In this document: one piece after another, positions 52,089 to 64,000 of the stretch
How the letters are laid out: every line of letters starts with the position of its first letter
Position numbering within the stretch: position 1 is the stretch's first letter
Source of the DNA: Tubulanus polymorphus
Lineage: Eukaryota > Animalia > Nemertea
Direction of reading: 5' to 3'
Length of the DNA stretch: 64,000 nt
Assembly (NCBI RefSeq): GCF_964204645.1
Contig: NC_134036.1
Span: forward strand, 4,618,600-4,682,599
Position numbers and translations under genes: made by a program
The notes under the pieces: generated by a model
What the model was told of the DNA's origin: nothing
Database searches by the model: none
Seen by the model: only the letters and a program-made list of their open reading frames with translations

Positions 52089-53112
52089 GATCAGAAACGC
52101 TAATGTGTCAAATCTGGTATCTGTCTACATTTAATCAAATACAGTATTATCAAATAAGCTATGAAGGTCCAATGTTTACACACTCAATACAATAATGAGA
52201 AGGATATATTCACCTGGCCTTTTGACTGAATCCGAATTAGGTGCCGGAGATCTTCCAATGTTGTTGTAAATCCTTGAATGCTTTTCAAACACATTTTACG
52301 TTTAATCTGTTGGCAGCATCGCGCAAATATTTACGTCCATACTATTAGACGTTATGGTAAATCCTCGAGGCAGTTTTTACTCGCTATGACAAATTCCTTA
52401 TGTCATGATAGTTCGTTTCGAGCGAAACTGCTGGTGAATTCGCACTTAGAATTTGCGGCTTCGAAGGTCCGTGTAGAGGCGAAATCGACGAAATGTCCAA
52501 GTCATCTATGATGTTCACGATGTCTTCAACGGTACTGAAATTAAAAATTAACAATAAACAATAAAGCAGACATCTAAACGGTGCCAGTGCAAATAAAAAC
52601 TCGTAATAGGCTGGGCACAGTTGATCAGCAGTGACTCAAGTCAAAAGATTTTAGAATCTTTATGACAGGTTTGCTGAAAAGATTTATTGTATTTTCCTTT
52701 CCAACATTTTGGCTCCTACCAAATGACACTTTATGTGTATATTACAATTGCTCTATAACCTGGTGATTGACAATATCAAATCATCGACCGTAACTAAAAC
52801 GAACTTGGGTAGAACTCTTTCGATATCAATACATACAACAGTTCAGATCGACGAGTTGATATAGATGTAATTGGGTTCGAGTCCCAATTATTCCAGCGGG
52901 TCAGAGGTTTATGGTGTAATACAAATTTCGACAAATACGCAACCAGTGATTTAATTTCTTCATTGGTCAAACGATTACGTAATTCAAGATTGCTGGGACA
53001 AATATCATTAAGACACTCAATTGAAAATAGAGATAATTTCCTTAGTTCACATAATTGATAAGCCGTCGCATATTTCACATAGTCGTTTCTGAACCGGCAA
53101 AAAACTTACGTT

Positions 53113-53575
53113 CAATGAGTTTGATTGGATACAATAACTAATTACAAAGATTCAAAGCCTAAACAATAAGTTTAATTGAAGACAATAAACTAATTTCAAA
53201 GATTCAGAGCCTGAACAATGAGTTTGATTGAAGACAATATTAAATTTCAAAGATTCAAAGCCTGAAAAATGAGTTTAAATGAAGACAATAACTAATTTCA
53301 AAGAGTCAAAGCAAAGACAATGAGTTCAATTGAAGACAATGACTTATTTTAAAGACTCAAAGCCTAAACAATGAATTAAATTGACAATAACTAATTCCAT
53401 AGAAACAAAGCCCAAGCAAAGGGTTTAATTGAAGACAATAACTAATTTCATAGATTCAAAGCCCAAACAATGAGTTTAATTGAAGAAAATTGCTTGGTTC
53501 AAAAATTCAAAGCCCAAACGATGAATTCAATTGAAGACAATGTATAATTCCGAAGACTCAAAGCTTAAACAATTG
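53113..53575 (-). repeat. 51-bp satellite, ~9 copies, inverted
   Basis: AAAGATTCAAAGCCTAAACAATGAGTTTAATTGAAGACAATAACTAATTTC is the reverse complement of the 43.6-46.9 kb unit. Confidence 0.95.
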
Positions 53576-54633
53576 AAATTGTATTCACGAGAGAAGTTTC
53601 AAATACCAGTAACTCGTAAGAGGCAGGTCCCTGTTAAACAATGCTGTGAGTCAAGTCAAATTTGTTTTTAAGGCAGGTCTTTTAAGTCGGTAGATTACCC
53701 AAAAGTGGTATTACCCTAAAATGTATACTCACTCCATTCGCTTATCGCAATCAACTCTGTTTTCCGTCAACATAGTATACACTAGTAAACCATTTTCTAC
53801 TTCATTCGGATTATTTTTCTGAAAAACATTTAGAAAAAGCAACCGATTTAGAACCAAGGACGAGGTGAGGCTAAAAAGGGATGGATTGTCGTTTCTCGCA
53901 ACAAAAGCTGAAATCAGTTCATTTCTATTCCTCTGCTGACAATTTGTGGTGTCCATAAAGTGCCTTTAGATCGATTAGAAATTCATTTTTGAATAGTACT
54001 CAACCAGTTACGTTTGAATCACGATCATTAGTTCAGTATCTTCAGTGTCGAACGATTTGAACCTGAGCGCCTGAAAAACGTTTTCTCCGAAGGGCTAGGT
54101 CAGGCACGAAAGTTCAGCGTTCGTTTTCAATCGAATTCGTCGTTCGGCATCTCGCGGAAAGATGGCGCATAGATCGTCATCATCCGGGAGCGGTGGTGGT
54201 GATGATAATCGCGTCTTGCTATCGTCACACGTCTTGCAGCGCGTTACCAGGGGCAACCGCATCATCGGAGGCAGGAGCGAGTCGCCGTTGACGAATTCAG
54301 AACACTGAACGCCACCGACGTAGAAGCATCGCCGCAACAACATTACGATATACGATATCGTGAAACTTTAGAAAACTCGACGAAGAGCTCTGAATTCAAG
54401 TAGCTCCTCACGCGGCGGGTATTTGCAAGAGAAAGAACAGAAAAACTAACAGTCGCGATTTCGTAAACGCGGAAAAGACGAAAAAAAGATCTCGGATATC
54501 GACGACCACAGAATTTCAAGAAAGCTGCAAAAGGTACCGAAGGCTCTAATATCGTTACGTGAAGGATTTACTAAGAGAAAAGAGGGATAAAAAGATTCAA
54601 AAGTTAAGCGAAAGTCCGCAAAAAACAACAGAA

Positions 54634-54703
54634 ATGATGTCTTCGAAAACGGTCGTAGTATGCTTGTGTTTGGCGCTGCTGGTTTCGTCAGCTCCGGTCC
54701 CAG
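54634..54703 (+). CDS. First coding exon (signal peptide) of an unidentified secreted or membrane protein
   Basis: MMSSKTVVVCLCLALLVSSAPVP has a basic n-region, a hydrophobic core and a small-residue cleavage zone. Start context is GAAATG. It ends at a consensus donor CAG|GTAAGA in phase 1 and follows a CpG-rich leader. Confidence 0.7.
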
Positions 54704-56404
54704 GTAAGAGGTCTATTTTTGATTTAATGTCCTTCTTTGTTTTTTTTTTTCTTATTCATGATAATGGAAACCAGTTGTATGCGGATCGGATCCCATTGTA
54801 TTAAATGCTGGTCCTACTCATTTTTTTTGAATGATTTATCTATTTTTTATGTATCCGTTTTTGGATTCTCGTTCAATATTAAATGTCCCTTGTACTTTTG
54901 AATGCAGCGTTTAAAAAAAAAAAAACAGAAAATCGATGATACAAAGCATATTTTTCTCAGGGTGGTAAAGCACGCTAAGTGCCCCTGAACGAATACGATT
55001 AGCATCTTCTATTTTCGGAAAAAGAACAATCTTGAAAATCTTGTTCAAAATCAACCGAAAAAAGACGACCACTGATGAAACACCCTGCGCACACCGAAAA
55101 TAGAAATAGTCCGTCACGTTTCTCCGTATACCTGAAAATGACTAATACGCGAATCGTCTAACGGAGTCGTTAACACCGAGGAACATTTCGCACCCCTTTT
55201 CTTTCTAAGCCCGGTATTTCACAGCGGAACAGGGATCCGCAACTTTTGTCATGTGAATAAAATGGAAAGTCAATCGTAATTATGGCAGAATTGAATAGGT
55301 CTCGTAGACTACGCCCTGTCGCTGGTCAAACGCGATAAGTGATTTATACAACAGATCCTCGAAGTCGGTCCCCCCCGAAAAAAAACTAGATTGTTTCGAT
55401 TGTTTATCGCCATCCGCATATAACGTAGTTCAAAATTCAGAGAGCCATAATCTCAAATATCAACATCTCATTAAGGTTGGAAATTCGAAATAAATGGTAG
55501 GAACAGAAACGATGGTTTCAGTAAACACAAAAACCTAAAATGCATGTATAAAGAAGTTCAACCTAAGATCAACTAGTCATTTAAAAATCGCATGATTATT
55601 ACAACAGGAATTGAAGTATGAATTATAGGTCTACGCAGTGTAATAAGTAAATTCTTTCAATTTGAATTTATCCTTAATTAGAATATTAGATTATTTTAAC
55701 TGATAATTATGCCAAGATGATATTCTAATTAAAGGAAAATTTATATTTTTGACAATTCGATCTTTCAACGCTGTTGAATTGGAAAAACGGCGGATGATTT
55801 TTGGAAGATTGCGCATGATAACACGATTATTTGACACGCCCTGTAAAAATTTCGACTCGATTTTCAATGGTTCGAAAATTCAAAGTTTCCAGCGAAGATC
55901 GGTTCGAATGTTAACCGCCACCGCGAATACAAACGGTTTAGCAATTCAAAATTAGAAATAAGCGGTCGCTACGGTCGGAATATTCAAATCATTTCGTAGG
56001 AGAACGGTTTGAATATTTGAATATTCCGCATCGTCAGTAGTAGAGGAACGATTGTCGTCGTAAGTCTCTCATCGCCGCCACCGACGAACGACTGCCACGG
56101 CTAATGAATTTCTAATGGAAAATGTAAAGCGCTCGTGTCTGGAAAGCCAACCCGCTTAATTATCGCCAAAACGTCAACGCAAACACTTTAGCAGTCGAGT
56201 CCGCGCGCTGACTAAACACGCCGGGTGTTTGTTATAGTCGCGCGCGAATATGGCGCGGTTTAGTTTACATATTAAACGGCGCCCGCGACATGACGGGTTC
56301 ATTGCTCGATTAAATGATTCATCGAAGATCTCTGTGATTTTTTGACGATTTGAATTCGAACTGTTCGTCGTCGCTGTTCAACTCGGGCAAAAATGGGATT
56401 TCAT

Positions 56405-56835
56405 TCTGATGGTCGGTTCAGTTCCACATCAGTCACGTTTGTTTAATTTCACTGTGGATCCGGTTCCACAGTTGTGTGTGCGTGTTTACTTCGATTTTGG
56501 ATCCGGTTCCACAGTTATGTGGGTTTAATTTCACTGTGGACTCACTTCCACAGATGCGTGTACTTAATTTGCCTCTGGATTCAGTTCAACAGTTGTATGA
56601 GATTAACGCCACTGTGGATGCAATTCCACAGTTGTGTTGGATTGATTTGACTCCGACCAGTTCCACAGTTCCAATTATTAAATACTGTAGATCCAATTGT
56701 ACAGTTTTTCGGGTTTACTATGTCTCCGAATTCAGTTCCACTGTTGTGTGGGTTTAATTTAACCGTGGGTGCAGTTCCGTGGTTTTGCGGGCCCAATTTG
56801 CCCTGGGACCCGGATCCAAAGTTGCAAGGTTTTCA
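56405..56835 (+). repeat. Degenerate ~39-bp minisatellite (TGGATCCGGTTCCACAGTTGTGTGGGTTTAATTTCACTG)
   Basis: About 10 diverged units. Inverted relatives occur at ~31845-32010 and ~39595-39800. Confidence 0.8.
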
Positions 56836-59800
56836 TTTGACACTTGTATTTAGAACAGATTGGTTGTATAGAACCATTTTTCAGAATTGTTACCTTAACG
56901 AATGCACTTAGAGATCGATCCGAATTGAGCTTTTAGGAGGATATACAAGAAACATTTCGCCACCCTTAAAAAACCGTGGACCAAAGCGAATACGTCGAGC
57001 AAAAAAAAAAATCCTACATCGCTCGAATGCCGCGTTACGAGAAGGCAAACAAACAACATCAAAAACCCGGCGAATCGATACGGAACCGACAAGTCGGTGT
57101 TCATCGAGAACGCAAATTGCCGCCGATTTGTCTTTTGAACGACGTCCCTAGCGTGACAGGCGGATATTTTATTGCAAAAACCAGCATCAAACGCGCAGTA
57201 CGTATGAGAACGCAGCCGACCGATATAGGCTATTTTTAGCCGAGTCCGGATCTGCGTCGATTATAGATTGGCGCAGTCGATATATACAACCGAGGACTCG
57301 GGAGTTATTTTTCTTTTCATTCACTCGAACTACGGAGTTAGTTTAGTTAAGAAAAACCACAATCCCGACGAAAAACTATGCCGAGTAGTGACGCTAGTAA
57401 TTAGAACTTAGTGTATCGCGAATATTGACGGTCGCCCCGAGAGACACGTATAATTCGCGGAACGTCGAATTAGCGAAGTAACTCGAATCGAGGGGTGTGG
57501 ACGGGAAGGCACCGTCGTGTATAGCTGATACGCGCGCACCTGAGCCCGACAGATTAACGGAATTCTCTACACCGCGACGGTTCGAGCGCCTCTGGCTAAC
57601 GCGGCTTAATAGACGGCGTTTATTCAAAAAGACGACATCGGAATCGTCTCCCCAGCGCGCTGGGTAAACTCATAATAATCTCAAGTATGCTGCAGGTGAC
57701 TGTGTCGGGTGAAGGTAGCTATTACGGAAAATTCCATGGTGTTATGATGATAAAGATGGCCGCTATATAGCCCCTTTTCCCGCTAGGGCGCTCGTCGTCA
57801 CTCCTATATGAAATCGGTCCTTTATTCGATAATTTTGACCGGCTATATTCTTTGAATTATTTACATTTTCACGATATCGTTGGCGACCGTCGTGTTGAGG
57901 AGGGTATCGGTCAAATATTCTACGGTAAGATGTTTGGGTCCGCTGGACCGTTAGAGGCTGGGCAACACAGCCGCGTTCAGAAAGGTCTAGCAATACGCAC
58001 AAGTGTCAAAATGCAATTGCGTTGTATGCACAGCATAAATCAAGTGAAGTACAATATATTGCGTCTATTATTTTGGGAAATAGTTGGATAAAATGTTTTT
58101 GACTTACATTTTGATAATGTTGACTTGTTTCATTATGCTTGTTGCGTTCACTTTGCTCCGAAGTCAAGCGATGGCAGCCTAAAAGAAAGAAAATACTGTT
58201 TCATGAAAAAAATGATTGGAAAAAATGCACGCATGCAGATAGTAAATAGGAAAATCACTCGAATTATTTTATCGACTAGTCTGAGTATCGAATCGATGAT
58301 CTCTCGTTAAAAAGGGCTCGAACCAGATTCACCGAGACTGCTCGAAGCACATTCGAGTCGAATTGAGGACAAACCACGGTGTTATGATATGTATGATTAT
58401 AATGAAGTGGAGACAATGATGATAATCTATTCGCTTATACAACGCGGAACTAATGAAAAGTAATAGCCGCGTTACATACATTACAAAAACAATAAATACG
58501 ATAGATCATTCCCGTTAGAATAAGAAATTATGAAGAACAGCTAATAAGAAAGTAGTGACTCTTCGACTTAATTATATTAAGTATTTCCAAAACTAATCGT
58601 CTGTGTAATAAGAAATGATTTTTAGAGAGTTTTCGAAAAGGCTCATACAATCGATTCGAAACTACTAGCTTAGTTTCAAGAAATGGCTCAAAGAATTAGG
58701 TATAAACGTCACTACTGTCTTAGTTCAAAAATGGCAATTAAAATTGAGTGGAAGCGTCACTATACGCTATATAATATATCCAATAGTTATATAATATCGA
58801 TAATAATTTAGTTATATAATATCTACATAATAGTTATACAACATTTTACTATCGCAATTGTGGCATTTTTCTTCGATTTAATCATAGAAAATTAATCGTC
58901 TACTTCTTAGGCGAAGTTAAAGCCGATTAGACAACAATCCGACTCTCGGTTTCCCTTAAATGATGTCTTCGCGCTATGAAATGCTGCACAGTCAGGACTT
59001 ACATATATGTTAACACCAGTCTAAGACCTTTTCGGTTCTATAGCCAATCCATCGATTTAGAGTCAGCGTATAATACTGGTTTTAAAATGAACTTTTACCT
59101 TGTTTATTCTACTGATTGGAGCTATCCACAAACACGGTTTGGAAAACAACCATTCGCAAATGCATGTTCCGAGATTCAAGTAGTCAAACTTCGACGCAAA
59201 ACATAGTTAAAACGTAGCAGATTCCTCCGTGGAAAAACTGAGTATTCGAAAATGGCGTGAACACAGAATGGCCGTACTACGGTACATACAAATACGACTG
59301 CCTGACCCGAACGTTAATCACGTGAAACTTTAATCTCATTCAGCCGCTATATAATGTTAGAATACGCTATACCTTTGTATACCGCGAATTGAAAAGCCCG
59401 CCTTACCTTACGATTTCAGACAAAATAAGAACGCGCCCTGTCGCAAAGTCGTAACTCGAGCCGGAAAAACAGTATTAAATCTTAAAACCACCGTTTGAAT
59501 TGTCGATATTAGCTCTAGAACTTTAAAGACGTTCTTTGACCGGTCTTAAATCTAAGCTACGACGACGCCATTGGATTTTAGGGCTCGTTTTATAGTCCGA
59601 TACTAAACCCTAAGCCAAGCTGTCAAGATATTGGAGAAAATTGACAAAAACTCAGATTCTGTATATTTTGAGGTCTTCGTAGACCTCCAATACACGTTTA
59701 TTGTTTGGCCCGGGTCACCAGTGGCCCTATGGTAAAACAAAGCGGCCTAAGAGTTCCAGATTAAAGCTAAAGTTGTTAGGTCGGTTATAGAACTAAGACG

Positions 59801-60619
59801 GCCGTTTGGTCTTAAATCTACGCTAGGCATAACTGAATAACTTGTATCGGGGAAAAAGGGGTCCCAAAACGTAAGACTAGCCTTAGGTTGTTAGACTAAC
59901 GATAGAACTAAGATCGGCGTAGATGCGGGTTTCAAATCTAAGCGGATGCAACTGAATTTCGGACATCATTCCATGTAAACCTGATGTAAAATATTCTGCT
60001 TAATTCGGATTTCTCGCGAACCAGTTTCAAACTATCCGAACGCGAAGGCTCCTAAACAACATTTATTTCGAAATCAATTCATTCCCTGATATTCGCGTGT
60101 ATTCGTGAAAACGGTTCGTTAAACAAACGGCCGATTACGCGCGGCCTGCGATAGATGATCAAATAAGGATACGGCGCATAGTTTATTGCGTTAGACGTCA
60201 ATATTGGTTTGTGGCCACACAATATTGACACACGCAGATCACACACACCACACAGACAGCGCCGAACGAACCACAGAGAAAACTCATAACATTTTCATAA
60301 CTTGATCGCGGCGGTGAATCCCTCCGGGCTGTCTGTCTGTTTCATCGATGTAGGGTCGTTGTAAGCGACGCGCGAATAGCCGCGATAAAAATGCAATTTC
60401 AACAGTCATTTTTTAGGGGAATGATATCGCTGACTTATAATGAACGTAGTATAGCCGTTGATGCAAAACCTCGGCCAACGATGATGGAGATAGCGATGAA
60501 CACCGTTTTTCGTGCACGACATACCTTAATCAACGCTAGGTTGTTCTATATCGTTCGGATACCAAGTTTCTTCGTGACTACGACTGAAGGATATTTGATT
60601 GGAAATATGGAAATTATCA

Positions 60620-60865
60620 AGCTACTAACACCTGACATTAGAAGTGTCATCAGCTTATTTAAAAAAAAACTGATCGTCCACACTTCACACGTGTTGAATA
60701 ACTGATGTGAGACATTTCTATTTGAAAATGAAATATCACCAGATATCAGACATTTTATTAGCACATTCTCGTAAACTTACTGATCGTCTCACGTGTGCTC
60801 AGTGCTTCATCTGAGACAGTTTTGAATGAAAATGAATCACGGACACCAGATATTTACTGAGACAA
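60620..60865 (+). repeat. Two copies of a ~105-bp repeat family
   Basis: AAAACTGATCGTCCACAC...TGAGACATT...GAAAATGAA...CACCAGA, same family as 62925-63545. Confidence 0.7.
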
Positions 60866-62924
60866 TTTATCGACACACTTTGAAAAAGTTCTGAACCGGA
60901 TATTCATAAGCGCAATGCACGGTAGTTGCAGTTGCGGGCATCGCGTAGTGTACAGAGTTCACAAAAATGTCAAACTCGGGTGAAGGTGGCAATTTTTGCC
61001 GCGGCCTCGAAGATAAGAGGGTATAAGGCGATATACCGATAGTCGAGATAGATATCGGTGCAAAACCGATAGCAATTTGCACATCGAAGAAATCTCGAGC
61101 CCGTCAACTCTACGTCAACTCTCTTCCCGGGAAACTTGTAATTCTTATCTATATTTTCACGCTCGAAGAGCTATACTAACCGCCCGACACGCGGCAAAAA
61201 CAAACGGCAAACACTGGCTTATCAGGCCCGATGATCAGCTCGTTTATGACGGTCGTTCGTTTATAGATCGCGGTCGAGATGCTTTTAAGCGGAGTCGAAA
61301 TTCCGACGAGCCGTTTTTCGAAATTGAAGCTCAAAAAGCGATTAACCATCGGCTCCGTATTGAAAGATGTCGGAGATTGAAGTAAACGCGATGCGCGATA
61401 TTCGTGAAATAAGTTGGCATTTCGAATTCGAACCTTCGACCTTTTCGACAATCGGGTGTAATTGTCGTCACAACGCCGTGGCGAAGGCGATCTGCTGCGA
61501 GAATTGTAACAGGGATCCGGGACACCGGCTAACTCGACAGATGGCGCGGCGAGCAGTTGGTCTTATAGATTGTGTTCTGCTCGTAATGTTTTAGGTGATG
61601 AACCTACTGAATGAAAACCGTGAAAATATTTTGAATTTTTATTCTTTTGGCAATCTCGATAATCTAAAAAATCCTACGATCCACTTTGCAAAAAAGACTT
61701 AGACATATATAGATCACTCCAATAATTAGTATGATGTAAATAGTGTATGTATATACTGTTAATAACTTTTTTATATTTTATTAAGGCAAGTTTATATAAT
61801 CTGTTAATTGTAAATATTGTATACTTTATATAAGGCACCCTCCATGTACCATAGAAATGGTTGGAGTGTAAATAAAATCCCAATGCTTATGCCGTCGAAA
61901 TCTGTTCATTATTGATAAGCTTTTAACTGAACATTTAAGCCGCTGAATCTATACATTATTTCAGGAGCCGCCGAAATATGCATTAAATTTGATTTTTTAC
62001 TCTACTCGAAAGAAAGCTCATTTCAACTAAAAGGCAATTGGTCGAGTAAATACTATCAACACCTGTTGGATCATTGCTTGACAAAAGTCTCGATTGCCAG
62101 AGTCGGCTTCCAAAATGATAAGAAAAATAACGAGATATAGAAATGTTTAGAAACGTAGAATTTAAACAGTAGGATCAACCAAGAAAACGAGAAATCGGAT
62201 ATTTAGACGAAAATATCAAGACGTTTTTTCCCTTATAATGATTACTGGTTTGAGTTATGGACTAAATTCAATGGAAAGCACCTTCGAACATTCTATCGCA
62301 GTGAAAAGGGCGCTGTAGAAATCAAATTACTTTTACTTAGCTACGATGTAATGAGGTGACAAAATTCACTCGATTTGCTTTTAACGTAAATTCCGAGTAA
62401 TTTGCCGCAAGACCTAACCGAGATCGAACGGTGGCTACGTGTCGGGTCACCGCACGACGCAACCGGTGTAATCTTAATAATCTCGTCGCGTCGGGGCGAG
62501 GGCAACGAAGATGAAACGGCGGCTAAATAGCCACCGGTTCGCGTCAAACTTTTGAACCCGACCGCCTCCTAAATACTCGACGCCGTATCGTCGACGCGGG
62601 CGTGATTAGATTACATACGTTCTTGTCAGCAGTTTCGTCCTTCGATAAATGACACCTTATTATTATATTCGATACCGATTCGACTTCAGCGGCGAGCTTA
62701 CTTAATCTTATATAATTCGTGTACGCGAGTCGCATATACGGCAACGTTACTGAAAGAAATCAAAGCTTTATAGGAAAAATGTCGAATCTGCACGGGCGTC
62801 AAATGCCGGATATCGTTTTTTCGATACTTATTGCGCCACCGTATTTCTAAATCAAGATTTTTTAGGTTTGGCTCGATACATTTCTGATTGATGATGAACT
62901 GCACAAGATCACGCCATACGTTGG

Positions 62925-63545
62925 ATATTTTATCGGCGCATTTTCAAAAACTGATCGTCCACACTCCAAGCGCGATAAGGACTTCACCTGAGACAATTTT
63001 AATCGAAGATGAACTACGAACGCCAGACATTTTTTCAGCTAACTTTTGAAAGCTGATCGCCCGCACATTTCACGTGTTCAGCGCTTCACCCTAGACATTC
63101 ATGATTGAAAATGGACGACAAACACCAGATAGACATTTTATCAGCACATTTTCAAAAACTGATCATCCAGTCTTGAGGCGGTGCTTTCCCCTGAGACATT
63201 CTTAATTGAGAATGAACTACAGACACCAGACATAAGACATTTTATCAGCTCACTTTTGAAAACTGATCGTCTAGACCTTACATATTGTGTTCAGATCTTC
63301 ACCCGAGATATTTTTGATTAAAAAGAAAAACTTCAAACACCAGACATTATACATTTAACGGCGCGCTTTCAAAATCTGATCGTCCGCACTTCACGTGTGT
63401 TCAGATCTTTTCCCGAGACATTTTTGATTGAAAATGAACAACAAACACCGGACATTTTATCAGCACACTTTTGCAAACCGATCGTCCATATCGTGCGCAA
63501 TTGCGTTCAGACATTAAGCCGATACATTTTTGATTGAAAAAATAA
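62925..63545 (+). repeat. ~105-bp degenerate tandem repeat, ~6 copies
   Basis: The CTGATCGTC core recurs near 62951, 63053, 63159, 63263, 63377 and 63478. Confidence 0.85.
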
Positions 63546-64000
63546 CTACAAAAACCGGTCATAAAACATTCGCGATAGAACTTTACCAAAAAAAAAAAAT
63601 CGACGAATGTCTTGGTTTCGGACCGTATATGAACATTTCCAACCGTAAGTCGACAACAAGAAAATTGGAATCTTCCGAACGCGCATACGCGCACGGGTGC
63701 GGCCGTACCGATATGCCAAACGCACGTTAACAGGCTAAATGCGCATTGTACTGTCGTGAGCACGCGTTGACGTCATCACGACTCAATTAAGTCTCACGTA
63801 ACGGCCTTCTACCTAGGGTAATAATTCCGTACTAACAACAATAACAACAACAGCGAGCAGAAATCTGTATCAATCATATAAACCGTGTTTATTTATAGGA
63901 TTATTACGTGACTATTATCATACTCGGGATTGAGCTAATTAGCACGATCGCCTAGATGAATCGTGCGGTTCGTCGAAATACCAGATCGCGATACGGTTTC

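Larger units (their letters stand above)
43590..53575. mobile_element. ~10-kb foldback-like structure (satellite plus unique inverted arms)
   Basis: The satellite arrays are in opposite orientation, and the unique segment 46855-47119 is inverted at 52823-53116. No transposase was recognised and no TSD identified. Confidence 0.65.

Noticed and set aside
59480-59960. Repeated TAGAACTAAGA / AAATCTAAGC motifs suggesting a transposon remnant
   Set aside because: They are too degenerate to define a unit or termini.

Overview
This is AT-rich eukaryotic DNA, most likely from an invertebrate animal, and not a prokaryotic or phage locus. Almost all short ORFs in the track are spurious. The window has four zones. 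(1) 1-41.1 kb is a decayed tandem array of about 7 paralogous multi-kb modules, including two recent segmental duplications (1-7.3k vs 9.75-14.75k; 29.3-33.4k vs 37.0-41.1k). It carries three broken copies of an intronless rhodopsin-class (FMRFamide-receptor-like) GPCR and is riddled with mobile DNA: a near-full-length CR1-group LINE, Penelope-like element (PLE) fragments missing from the ORF track, hammerhead ribozyme motifs, a nested 1.8-kb foldback element and several MITEs. (2) 42.7-43.5 kb has three exon-like segments with no ORF. (3) 43.6-53.6 kb is a ~10-kb foldback structure whose arms are a 51-bp satellite plus ~260 bp of unique inverted sequence. The arms enclose a tandem hammerhead pair, tRNA-derived sequences, minisatellites and what look like two convergent, decayed spliced transcription units. 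(4) 54-64 kb holds a signal-peptide first exon of an unidentified secreted or membrane protein gene, followed by probable intron. No CRISPR array, rRNA or intact tRNA is supported. All alignments and counts were made by eye.
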